DNA from: Candidatus Altiarchaeota archaeon
GTDB lineage: Archaea; Altiarchaeota; Altiarchaeia; IMC4; SCGC-AAA252-I15
Reading direction: 5' to 3'
Assembly: GCA_043804895.1 (NCBI GenBank)
Contig: JAZDIN010000067.1
Coordinates: 1-11,039 of the forward strand
DNA: 11,039 bases
The notes beneath the pieces are model-generated. The model saw nothing but the letters and a program-made list of their open reading frames with translations. It searched no databases and was not told the DNA's origin. Shown one piece after another: positions 1-8,111 of this stretch; position 1 is the first letter of the stretch; the number at the start of each line of letters is the position of its first letter. A program made the position numbers and the translations under genes.

Positions 1-789
1 ATGTACGGTCTGATTCTACTGTCAATTTCCCTGCTCATGATGAGGAGATACGGAAGATACTCTAAGGGGATATCAGACATAATGTTCATACTGTTGTGCT
101 GCAGCATATCCACGATAATATTTGGTGTGTTGACAGGAAGCTATTTCGGCGATTTCCTTGCAAAATACGTGCTAGGATCGCAGCCTTCGGACATGCCCTT
201 CGCAGCCATCGACCCTCTGGCCGGAGCGAACACGATAAAGCTCTTCGCAGTCGTACTTGTTGTAGGGGTCATGCACACGGTGTTCGGGAACGTGCTCGGA
301 GTGTTCGATAAGTTCAGGCAGAGGCAGTTCAAGGCTGCGATAAAGGAAAACATTTCATCACTCCTATTCCTACTCGGTTTAGGTGTCGCATACTTTGGTG
401 AGGTGAACCTTGGCCTCGCCCTGTCAGCAGTCGGTTTCATCCTGTTCGTCTGGAACATGGGTTTCATGGCAATAATGCAGGTGCCGGGGATACTCAGCAA
501 CATAGTCTCGTACGTACGTCTCTTGGCCTTGAACCTGACCACACCCGGGCTTGCTATGGCCTTCAACCTCCTCGCCTCGATTGCGTGGGGGATACCGGTC
601 GTCGGCCCGATAGTGGCTGGCGTGGTTTTTATTGCAAGCCATTCAATGATTATCTTCTTAAGCTCGATAGGGCCTTTCGTGCATTCGTTGAGGCTCCATT
701 TCGTCGAGTTTTACAGTACGTTTTACAGCGGCGGCGGAGCAGAGTTTATACCATTCGCTGAAGCTAGGAGATACACGATTAGGAGGTAA
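1..789 (+). CDS. atpI: A/V-type ATP synthase subunit I (a), C-terminal membrane domain; 5'-truncated by the window edge
   Basis: Multiple hydrophobic segments. It has the SYxRLxAL motif with the essential Arg (SYVRLLAL) and the C-terminal HSLRLHFVEFYSTFYSGGG motif. The ORF begins at the YGL segment that lies mid-protein in this family, so the ATG at 1 is probably internal. Confidence 0.96.
   Translation: MYGLILLSISLLMMRRYGRYSKGISDIMFILLCCSISTIIFGVLTGSYFGDFLAKYVLGSQPSDMPFAAIDPLAGANTIKLFAVVLVVGVMHTVFGNVLGVFDKFRQRQFKAAIKENISSLLFLLGLGVAYFGEVNLGLALSAVGFILFVWNMGFMAIMQVPGILSNIVSYVRLLALNLTTPGLAMAFNLLASIAWGIPVVGPIVAGVVFIASHSMIIFLSSIGPFVHSLRLHFVEFYSTFYSGGGAEFIPFAEARRYTIRR
781..787 (+). promoter_or_regulatory. 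Shine-Dalgarno-like site for atpK
   Basis: AGGAGGT at 781-787 overlaps the end of atpI and sits 4 nt before the ATG at 792. Confidence 0.7.
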
Positions 790-791
790 AA

Positions 792-1280
792 ATGGATTTG
801 GCTACAATTTTGAGTTACCTGTTTACAGGGAATGTTTTGGCTGCCTTAGGAGTTGCGATAGGCGTCGGATTGGCTGGTATCGGAGCATCCAAGGGTCTTG
901 GAACGTCAGGCGCAACAGCGGCAGCTTTGACCGCCGAGCAGGAGAAGAATTTCGCCATCATACTGATGCTGGAGTTCGCGCCACAGACGCAGGTATTGTA
1001 CGCATTTGCAGTCAGCATACTCATCATATTCTACGGAATAATGGGCGGCACTTTGGATGTCGAAAAAGGCCTGATTTGCCTTGCCGCAGGATTGACCGTC
1101 GGACTAACAGGCTTGACTGCCATCTCACAGGGTATCGCCGCCTCGGCCGCGGTCGCAGCATACGGCAGAAACAACAGAATCCCATTCCAAGTGCTAGTCT
1201 ACGTGGCCATGTGCGAAATATCCGCGATTATAGGCTGCATAACAGGGATACTGCTCCTGAAATCAGGTGGCATATTCTAA
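792..1280 (+). CDS. atpK: A/V-type ATP synthase subunit K (c, proteolipid), duplicated four-helix form, 162 aa
   Basis: Two Gly/Ala-rich hairpins. Motifs GIGASKG, PQTQVLY, ISQG and AMCEI align with NtpK-type proteolipids (GIGSAKG, PGTQGLY, IAQG, AMVET). It follows atpI. Confidence 0.96.
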   Translation: MDLATILSYLFTGNVLAALGVAIGVGLAGIGASKGLGTSGATAAALTAEQEKNFAIILMLEFAPQTQVLYAFAVSILIIFYGIMGGTLDVEKGLICLAAGLTVGLTGLTAISQGIAASAAVAAYGRNNRIPFQVLVYVAMCEISAIIGCITGILLLKSGGIF

Positions 1281-1281
1281 A

Positions 1282-1839
1282 ATGGGTTATAAGGAGCTTG
1301 AGGAGAAGATTCGGACTGACTTCCAGAAGGAGATTGACGCAATAACGGGAGTATCAGCCCTTGAGACACTGTCTGTCGTGGATGAGATAAAGGGTGAGGC
1401 TAAGTCTGCGACGGAGAAGATCAAGATCCAGGGGGAACATAAGGCTGAGCTTAGATACCGGCAGGTTGTAGGCAAAACCAAACTGGATGCTATGAGGAGT
1501 TTGAATGCTGAAAAAAGCCGCCTTGTTGATGAAGTCTTTGACAAGGCAAAGGCCGCGATACTGGCGCTACCTAACAGTTCGAAAAGGACCTACATCAACA
1601 GGCTAGTGGATGATGGCAAGCTCATAGACGGGGGGAAGGTTGTGAGAGTGGATAAGCATTATAAGGGCCTGCTTGAGGGGGATAGTTTTTTGAAGTTCAT
1701 TGACGACAACTTAGGCGATTTTGGCGTGGTGATAGAGTCGGAGGATGGGCTGATGAGGGTAGATAACAGATTGGGCACGATAATCGCCCAGGCTAAGGTG
1801 AGGCTTAAGCCTGAGGTCAACAAGATTATTTTCGGTTGA
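1282..1839 (+). CDS. atpE: A/V-type ATP synthase subunit E (peripheral stalk), 185 aa
   Basis: Charged helical N-half and a C-terminal GVVIESEDGLMRVDNRL...VNKIIFG signature, at the expected operon position. I prefer the ATG at 1282 (MGYKEL, with AGGTGG at 1265-1270 upstream) over the GTG at 1267. Confidence 0.9.
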   Translation: MGYKELEEKIRTDFQKEIDAITGVSALETLSVVDEIKGEAKSATEKIKIQGEHKAELRYRQVVGKTKLDAMRSLNAEKSRLVDEVFDKAKAAILALPNSSKRTYINRLVDDGKLIDGGKVVRVDKHYKGLLEGDSFLKFIDDNLGDFGVVIESEDGLMRVDNRLGTIIAQAKVRLKPEVNKIIFG

Positions 1840-1841
1840 TT

Positions 1842-2861
1842 ATGATGGGTATGAACGTCTTTGGTGGGGGGGAGTCGTATGCGTACGCCTGCGGCATGGT
1901 TGCAGGCTTATACGGCAGACTCCTCAGGCCAGGGGATATGGAGGCTATCACACAAGCTGGCAGCGTTGAAGAGGCATTGTCTTACCTCAGTGGGACCGAG
2001 TATGGCAATAATTTGCGGCAGCTCAAGCCTGGATTCAGTCTGCAGGATATTGAAGAGGCAATTGCATCGCATTTCAGGAGCTCCTACGTTGAAGTTGCCG
2101 CTGCGATTCCAGAGGGAGATAAGGGGATTTTCGACTCAATCATGTTAGGCGGGTGGGATTTAAACAATCTGAAGACCGTTGTGAGGTGTGTCAGAGCTTC
2201 TGCAGCGAAGGAGGATGCCATGAGGATGCTGTTCCCTCTTGGAAGGCTTGGAAAACCAGTCCTTGGAGAGCTGCTGAAATCGGGTGAAATGGCAGAAATG
2301 AAGGGAAAAGCCCCGAGCCCATACACAGAGCTTTTCGAAAAAGCGTTCGAAAAAAAAGACCCATTAGAGTTCGAGGAGGAGTTGGACAGAAGCTACCTTA
2401 AAGGCCTCCTTGAAGAGGCTGGAGGGGATATAGGGGAGTATGTTAGGCTGCTCGTTGATGCACTCAACCTGCGCACAATAGTAAGGTGCGCAGAATACAA
2501 TATCGACCCGTCAAAACACATCATAAACGAGGGACATTACATCACTGCAAACAAGCTGGCGCAGCTTTCCAGACAGGACAAGGCAGGCATCATCAAGACC
2601 CTTGAGGACACGCCGTACGGCAAAGCAGTCAAGGAGACGCTTTCAGACGCTGCAGGCGTTAGGTTTGAGTCCCTTGACCTAAGACTGAGGGGCGTCTTAA
2701 ACCGTGAAACAGAATACAAGGCAGTGCACAGGCCATTGAGCGTGAACACCGTCATAGCATACGTGAAAAAGAAGGAAAACGAGGCTAACAACGTGAGGGC
2801 TGTTCTTGCTGGCAAATGGTTTGGGCTCAGCCCAACGGAGATAGGAGGTATTTTAAGATGA
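1842..2861 (+). CDS. atpC: A/V-type ATP synthase subunit C (d)
   Basis: YAY start motif, LSGTEYG and LEDTPYG internal repeats, WDLNNLKTVVR, DALNLRTIVR and C-terminal KENEANNVRAVLAGK. The start is uncertain among ATGs at 1842, 1845 and 1851 (the track uses TTG at 1836). Confidence 0.92.
   Translation: MMGMNVFGGGESYAYACGMVAGLYGRLLRPGDMEAITQAGSVEEALSYLSGTEYGNNLRQLKPGFSLQDIEEAIASHFRSSYVEVAAAIPEGDKGIFDSIMLGGWDLNNLKTVVRCVRASAAKEDAMRMLFPLGRLGKPVLGELLKSGEMAEMKGKAPSPYTELFEKAFEKKDPLEFEEELDRSYLKGLLEEAGGDIGEYVRLLVDALNLRTIVRCAEYNIDPSKHIINEGHYITANKLAQLSRQDKAGIIKTLEDTPYGKAVKETLSDAAGVRFESLDLRLRGVLNRETEYKAVHRPLSVNTVIAYVKKKENEANNVRAVLAGKWFGLSPTEIGGILR
2844..2849 (+). promoter_or_regulatory. Shine-Dalgarno-like site for atpF
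   Basis: GGAGGT lies 8 nt upstream of the ATG at 2858. Confidence 0.7.
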
Positions 2862-3139
2862 AAAGGAAAATCGTGGTGGTCGGGGACGCCAACGACATCG
2901 TCGGGTTCAGGCTGGCAGGCGTGTCTCAGACATATGATATCGGCTTAGAGGGCACGGTTGACAAACTACCAAAGAAGGATGCCATAATATTCATCACAAA
3001 AAAAGCTAAGGAGAAACTAGGAGGGCAGATGGAGATGATTATGCGGGATAACATCGTCCAAGAGATTCCATCAGGTGACGGGAAGTACACACGAGTCAGG
3101 AGCATAATTAAAGACACAGTGGGGTTTGAACTGGGATGA
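2858..3139 (+). CDS. atpF: A/V-type ATP synthase subunit F, 93 aa
   Basis: KIVVVGDxxxIVGFRLAGV signature, EIPS and a C-terminal IKDTVG. The true start is the ATG at 2858 (ATGA overlap with the atpC stop, SD upstream), not 2816. Confidence 0.94.
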   Translation: MKRKIVVVGDANDIVGFRLAGVSQTYDIGLEGTVDKLPKKDAIIFITKKAKEKLGGQMEMIMRDNIVQEIPSGDGKYTRVRSIIKDTVGFELG

Positions 3140-4860
3140 TAGAGGGAATAGTTAGGAGGGTTACTGGGCCGCTGATTGAGGCAGACGGTATGCGCTCAAG
3201 CAGGATGTACGACCTCGTCAAAATCGGCGATGAGGGACTGATGGGGGAAGTCATAAGGATTAATGGAGAGCGAATATCAGTGCAGGTTTACGAGGACACC
3301 ACAGGGCTTAAGCCAGGTGATGCAGCAGTCAACACAGGCGAGCAGCTCTCAATCGAGTTAGCTCCAGGTCTCCTAAAGTCGATATATGACGGTGTGCAGA
3401 GGCCGCTTCCAGCCCTTAGGGAGCAGAGTGGGGATTTCATAAGTCGTGGACTTGAAGCCCCTGCCGTGGATAGGAAGAGGAAGTGGCATTTCATACCTAC
3501 TGTGAAGGTTGGTGATAAGGTTTCGGGGGGAACCGTGTTAGGCACTACGCAGGAGACGAAACTCATACAGCACAAGATAATGGTCCCGCCAGATGTTAAG
3601 GGCACAGTTAAGAGCATAAAGGAGGGGGACTACACAGTCGAAGAAACCGTATGCAAACTCGACACAACAGATTTGACAATGTTACAGCGTTGGCCTGTGA
3701 AAGTCCCAAGACCATTTAAGTTGAAGATGCAACCTGACGAGCCCCTGATAACAGGTTCACGAATCATAGACATCTTCTTCCCGATAGCGAAGGGCGGCAC
3801 TGCCGCGATACCAGGGCCGTTCGGCGCCGGGAAGACGGTAGTGCAGCACCAGCTTGCGAAATGGGCTGACGCTGACGTCATAGTCTACGTCGGCTGCGGC
3901 GAACGCGGCAACGAGATGACCGAAGTCTTAGACGACTTCCCTAAGCTGAAGGACCCGAAATCTGGCGAGCCGTTGATGGAACGAACAGTACTGATAGCGA
4001 ACACATCCAACATGCCCGTCGCCGCGAGGGAGGCGTCGGTGTATACGGGCATAACGATAGCTGAGTACTACCGTGACATGGGATACAACACCGCGTTGAT
4101 GGCTGATAGCACCTCAAGGTGGGCTGAGGCGATGAGGGAGATATCGGCAAGGCTTGAGGAGATGCCTGGCGAAGAGGGTTTCCCAGCATACCTTGGCTCG
4201 CGCCTAGCCTCGTTCTACGAGCGCGCCGGCAAGGTGGAATGCCTGAACGGGCAGACGGCATCGACGAGCATAATAGGCGCGGTCTCACCCCCAGGCGGGG
4301 ACCTCAGCGAGCCAGTAACACAGAACACACTCAGGGTTGTGAGGGTATTCTGGTCTCTTGATGCGAAACTTGCAGACAGACGGCATTTCCCAGCAATAAA
4401 CTGGCTTACAAGCTACAGCCTATACAAGAAGCTCCTAGAGCCCTGGATGGAGAGGAACATGAACCCTGATGTGAACAACATGAGGGATGAGGCGCTGGCG
4501 ATACTGCAGAGGGAAAGCGAACTTTTGGAGATAGTGCAGCTTGTTGGAGCAGACGCCCTCCCAGACCACGAACGCATGATGCTCGAAACCGCGAGGATAC
4601 TGAGAGAAGACTTCCTCCAACAGGACGCCTACCATGAGGTAGACTCATACTGTTCCTCTGAGAAGAAGTACGGTATGCTGTCGAATATACTGAAATTCCA
4701 CCATAAGGCGATGCAGTCCATAGAGGAGGGAGTAAAGATTCCCAGGATAATGGAATCCCCGGCAGTGGAGAAACTCGCCAAGATGAAATACACACCTAAA
4801 GGAGAGGAGAAGGGAAGCCTACAGGAACTTGGAAAAACCATAGAGGAGGGATTCAAGTAG
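3136..4860 (+). CDS. atpA: A/V-type ATP synthase catalytic subunit A, 574 aa, no intein
   Basis: Walker A GPFGAGKT, plus [45 protein letters not shown] and VSPPGGD. ATGA overlap with atpF. Confidence 0.99.
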   Translation: MIEGIVRRVTGPLIEADGMRSSRMYDLVKIGDEGLMGEVIRINGERISVQVYEDTTGLKPGDAAVNTGEQLSIELAPGLLKSIYDGVQRPLPALREQSGDFISRGLEAPAVDRKRKWHFIPTVKVGDKVSGGTVLGTTQETKLIQHKIMVPPDVKGTVKSIKEGDYTVEETVCKLDTTDLTMLQRWPVKVPRPFKLKMQPDEPLITGSRIIDIFFPIAKGGTAAIPGPFGAGKTVVQHQLAKWADADVIVYVGCGERGNEMTEVLDDFPKLKDPKSGEPLMERTVLIANTSNMPVAAREASVYTGITIAEYYRDMGYNTALMADSTSRWAEAMREISARLEEMPGEEGFPAYLGSRLASFYERAGKVECLNGQTASTSIIGAVSPPGGDLSEPVTQNTLRVVRVFWSLDAKLADRRHFPAINWLTSYSLYKKLLEPWMERNMNPDVNNMRDEALAILQRESELLEIVQLVGADALPDHERMMLETARILREDFLQQDAYHEVDSYCSSEKKYGMLSNILKFHHKAMQSIEEGVKIPRIMESPAVEKLAKMKYTPKGEEKGSLQELGKTIEEGFK

Positions 4861-4861
4861 G

Positions 4862-6250
4862 ATGGCCCAAGTGGAATACAAGACCGTCTCAGAGGTCAAA
4901 GGGCCGCTGATTGTGGTTGAGAAGATCTCGAACGTAAGTTACGGCGAAGTCGTGCAGATAGTGGATGGTTCAGGAAGAGTTAAAACAGGTCAAGTGCTCG
5001 ATGCCTATGACAACAAGGCCGTAGTGCAGGTCTTCGAAGGGACCGCGGGGCTTGACACCAAGGATACTGCAGTCAGATTCCTCGGGGAGACCATGCACCT
5101 TGCAGTCTCCTCTGAGATGCTCGGTAGGACTTTCAACGGGACTGGGAAGCCGCTCGACGGCGGACCTGAAGTAACGGCCGAGAAGTACGTTGACGTAAAC
5201 GGTAAGCCAATAAATCCCGCAGCCAGGGAATATCCGCGGGAGTTCATACAGACGGGAATATCGACCATAGACTGCATGAACACCCTGGTGAGGGGACAGA
5301 AGCTACCCATATTCTCAGGCGCAGGCCTCCCCCACAACGACCTTGCCGCGCAGATTGCAAGACAGGCTAAGGTTAGGACAGGAGAGGAGTTCGCAGTGGT
5401 ATTCGCAGCGATGGGCATAACACACGAGGAGGCCATGTTCTTCCGCCGGAGCTTCGAGGAAAGCGGAGCCTCAGAGAGGATAATATCGTTCCTTAACCTG
5501 GCAGACGACCCTGCGGTGGAACGTATCATAACGCCAAGAGTGGCGTTGACAGCGGCAGAACACCTCGCATACGAGAAGGAATACCACGTTCTTGTCATAC
5601 TCACGGACATGACAAACTACTGCGAAGCCTTAAGGCAGGTTGGAGCAGCAAGGGAGGAAGTGCCAGGAAGACGTGGCTACCCAGGGTACATGTACACAGA
5701 CCTCGCAAGCATCTACGAGAGGGCTGGGAGGATACACGACAGAAAAGGCTCAATAACGCAGATTCCGATAATCACGATGCCTGACGACGACATAACACAC
5801 CCCATACCGGACCTCACAGGATACATCACAGAAGGCCAGTTCGTACTCTCAAGACCGCTGTTTCGAAAAGGAGTCTACCCACCAGTCGACGTACTCCCCT
5901 CGCTCTCACGCCTGATGAAGAACGGCATAGGCGAAGGCAGGACAAGAGAAGACCACTTCGGAGTCACAAACCAACTCTACGCAGCATACGCAGAAGGCCG
6001 AGACCTCAGAGACCTTGTCGCAGTCATAGGCGAGGAGGCGCTCACCGACCGCGACCGAAGATACCTCGAGTTCGCTGAACGCTTCGAGAACGAGTTCACA
6101 AACCAGGACAGAAACGAGGACAGGACTATGGAGGAAACGCTCTCAATCGGGTGGGACCTCCTCTCAAACCTGCCAGAGCGCGAACTGAAGAGGATAGAAC
6201 CCAAGTTCATAGAGAAATACCACCCGAAACGCAACAGAAAAAATGGCTGA
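4862..6250 (+). CDS. atpB: A/V-type ATP synthase subunit B, 462 aa
   Basis: [56 protein letters not shown] and [13 protein letters not shown] at 4845-4849 upstream. Confidence 0.99.
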   Translation: MAQVEYKTVSEVKGPLIVVEKISNVSYGEVVQIVDGSGRVKTGQVLDAYDNKAVVQVFEGTAGLDTKDTAVRFLGETMHLAVSSEMLGRTFNGTGKPLDGGPEVTAEKYVDVNGKPINPAAREYPREFIQTGISTIDCMNTLVRGQKLPIFSGAGLPHNDLAAQIARQAKVRTGEEFAVVFAAMGITHEEAMFFRRSFEESGASERIISFLNLADDPAVERIITPRVALTAAEHLAYEKEYHVLVILTDMTNYCEALRQVGAAREEVPGRRGYPGYMYTDLASIYERAGRIHDRKGSITQIPIITMPDDDITHPIPDLTGYITEGQFVLSRPLFRKGVYPPVDVLPSLSRLMKNGIGEGRTREDHFGVTNQLYAAYAEGRDLRDLVAVIGEEALTDRDRRYLEFAERFENEFTNQDRNEDRTMEETLSIGWDLLSNLPERELKRIEPKFIEKYHPKRNRKNG

Positions 6251-6887
6251 CGACATCATAGAGGGCACGCACCCGACCAGGATGGAACTTCTTCAGGTGA
6301 AGAACAAGCTGAGACTCGCGGAGAAGGGACACCGCCTCCTCAAGGAGAAGAGAGACACACTAGTTATGGAATTCATGAACCTCACAAAGGAGGCGGTAGG
6401 AGTTGACGAGGCAGCGTCTGAACACATGAAAAAGGCAAGACACGCGTACGCCATCTCAAGCGCTGTCGCAGGCTCAAGAGAGCTCATGTCAGCAGCCATG
6501 GCATCTGAGGGGGACATGGAGGCAGACGTGGAATTCAGGAACGTTATGGGTATACAGCTTCCTGCGATAACCCTGGAGGAGCGCCTGAGGCAGATAGACC
6601 AGCGCGGGTTCGGGATAATATCAACAGACCCGACAGTCGATACAGTAGCGGGGGAGTATGAGAGGGCAATCCAAGAGATGGTTAAACTGGCTGAGACCGA
6701 ATACTCGATGCTCGCACTCTCAGGGGAAGTGAAAAAGACTAGGCGAAGGGTCAACGCCCTCGAATACAAGGTCATACCACAGCTTAGGAGCACCCAAAAG
6801 TACATAAGGATGAGGCTGGACGAGATGGAACGTGAGGGTTTCTACCGGAGGAAACTGGTGAAAAAGAAGAAGGGGGGAAGAGTATGA
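6243..6887 (+). CDS. atpD: A/V-type ATP synthase subunit D (central stalk), 214 aa
   Basis: [31 protein letters not shown] and LDEMERE motifs. It overlaps atpB by 8 nt. Confidence 0.98.
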   Translation: MADDIIEGTHPTRMELLQVKNKLRLAEKGHRLLKEKRDTLVMEFMNLTKEAVGVDEAASEHMKKARHAYAISSAVAGSRELMSAAMASEGDMEADVEFRNVMGIQLPAITLEERLRQIDQRGFGIISTDPTVDTVAGEYERAIQEMVKLAETEYSMLALSGEVKKTRRRVNALEYKVIPQLRSTQKYIRMRLDEMEREGFYRRKLVKKKKGGRV

Positions 6888-7285
6888 GACCATACGACTA
6901 CGCTAAGAGGATGATAACAGAATGCCACACAGGCACGCCACTGAAGGAGATGGCAAACGTGTTCAATGAGGAGAATATCGGCTCAGTGCTCGTAAAGTCT
7001 GACAACGGCGCATTCGCAGGGATGCTCACAGACAAGGTAATCTACGACAGCATAGCCAACGGCATTGAACTCTCCAACAAGAAAGTCGGCGACCTTAAGC
7101 TGGAACCAATCATCTGGGCTGACAAGGATGAGGAGATAGAGGTGTTAACCGAGAAATTCAAGAAATCACCCTCAGGAAGGGTAGTAATGACTGACATGCA
7201 AGGCAAACCAGTTGGAATCCTGAAGAGGAAGAACATAGAAAGGTTCAGCATGTTCAAACAAGCCGAAAGGATGATAAGACGATGA
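6884..7285 (+). CDS. Stand-alone CBS-pair (Bateman module) protein, 133 aa
   Basis: Two CBS-like repeats: TPLKEMANVFNEENIGSVLV...GMLTDK and KVGDL...EIEVLTEKF...GRVVM...GKPVGIL. ATGA overlap with the atpD stop. Confidence 0.85.
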   Translation: MRPYDYAKRMITECHTGTPLKEMANVFNEENIGSVLVKSDNGAFAGMLTDKVIYDSIANGIELSNKKVGDLKLEPIIWADKDEEIEVLTEKFKKSPSGRVVMTDMQGKPVGILKRKNIERFSMFKQAERMIRR

Positions 7286-7554
7286 AGGCCGGAACTGGCG
7301 TGATAAATGAGGTGTTGGAGTCGCTTGACAGAGGCGATGCCAGCGCACTCCAAAAGTTCGCAGTAAGATACAAGGACGATAGGGAACTGCAAGACATCTA
7401 TGCTCTATTCCAGGGCAACAAACCGCGAAGCGAGGTAAAGACCAGGCTCCAGAGGCTCCACGACCTAAGAAAATTCGAGGCCGCAGGAACGCACCTGCCG
7501 CTTAAAGACAGGAGAAACCTGACATCAGACCGGAAGAAAATGGAAGACTACTGA
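7282..7554 (+). CDS. Hypothetical small charged, probably helical protein, 90 aa
   Basis: ATGA overlap with the CBS gene stop. It fills the gap up to the convergent gene exactly and has no hydrophobic segment. No family recognised. Confidence 0.7.
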   Translation: MKAGTGVINEVLESLDRGDASALQKFAVRYKDDRELQDIYALFQGNKPRSEVKTRLQRLHDLRKFEAAGTHLPLKDRRNLTSDRKKMEDY

Positions 7555-8057
7555 GCGCATCTTTTCTCCCACTCTTCTCTCATGATAATCTGTTTCACGT
7601 CCTTCAGGTAGTCGGTGGCGAGTATCCCATGGAGGTGGTCTATCTCATGCTGCATGAGCTCTGACATGCCACCGGTGAACTCCTCAGTCTTCGGTTTGCC
7701 TGACTCGTCTTGGTATCTGACCTTAACCGTCCTGTGCCTTCTGATTTTCACGAAGAAGGAGACGTTAAAGCTGAAGCAACTGTCCCATACTTCAAACGTC
7801 TCTTTGCTTTTGGAAACAATCTTGGGGTTCACGAGAACGAAGGCCCTCTCAGGAGTCTGCACATAGACGACCTTTCTCATACACCCGATTTGGGGGGCTG
7901 CGAGCGCCCGGCCTATCCTTTTGGTCTTCTGGAGGTGAGTTAGTGTGTCCCTTAGGTCTTTTAGAATCTCCCTTAACTCCATGCCGAATTCTAGGGTAGT
8001 CGTCGACTTCTCCCGCAACTTAGGATTTCCGAGCATCAGGACAGATTTGACAGCCAC
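7548..8057 (-). CDS. def: Peptide deformylase family metalloprotein with atypical motifs, about 169 aa
   Basis: N-terminal LGNPKLR, motif 1 variant GRALAAPQIG, LVNPKI, motif 2 variant WDSCFS and motif 3 QHEIDHLHG. I prefer the GTG at 8057 (MAVKSVLMLGNP) over the TTG at 8075. Confidence 0.92.
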   Translation of the reverse strand: MAVKSVLMLGNPKLREKSTTTLEFGMELREILKDLRDTLTHLQKTKRIGRALAAPQIGCMRKVVYVQTPERAFVLVNPKIVSKSKETFEVWDSCFSFNVSFFVKIRRHRTVKVRYQDESGKPKTEEFTGGMSELMQHEIDHLHGILATDYLKDVKQIIMREEWEKRCAQ

Positions 8058-8080
8058 GGTAACATATTTGTACAATACGG

Positions 8081-8097
8081 CTTTTTATGCTGTTTTC
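8081..8097. promoter_or_regulatory. Candidate shared TATA-like element of the divergent def / lipoprotein pair; copy 1 of a 17-bp imperfect repeat
   Basis: CTTTTTATGCTGTTTTC in a 54-bp AT-rich gap. The TTTTTATG core (8082-8089) is centred about 27-28 nt from both start codons (8057 and 8112). Confidence 0.45.
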
Positions 8098-8111
8098 GTA
8101 AGATACAACCG

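Noticed and set aside
1..789. Apparently short or split subunit I (262 aa) and no subunit H gene
   Set aside because: Most simply a window-edge effect; the N-terminal domain of I and atpH would lie upstream. This cannot be judged here.
1866..1872. G7 run in atpC (also A8 at 2350-2357) as phase-variation or slippage sites
   Set aside because: The runs are short, encode Gly and Lys codons, and the reading frame is intact.
1967..2420. TGAAGAGGC recurring three times in atpC
   Set aside because: It reflects repeated EEA codons at irregular spacing, not a DNA repeat array or CRISPR.
2816..2857. N-terminal extensions given by the ORF track for atpF (also atpE from 1267 and def from 8075)
   Set aside because: Downstream starts fit the family N-termini better, and for atpF and atpE also the SD positions and gene junctions.
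3136..4860. Possible intein in atpA, a known insertion hotspot at the Walker A motif
   Set aside because: GPFGAGKTV is uninterrupted and the 574-aa length is normal.
5005..5610. 201-aa antisense ORF inside atpB, and similar shadow ORFs (141-566, 3288-3617, 6293-6805, 10006-10485)
   Set aside because: They lie entirely opposite well-supported genes, carry no recognisable motifs, and are expected from codon bias.
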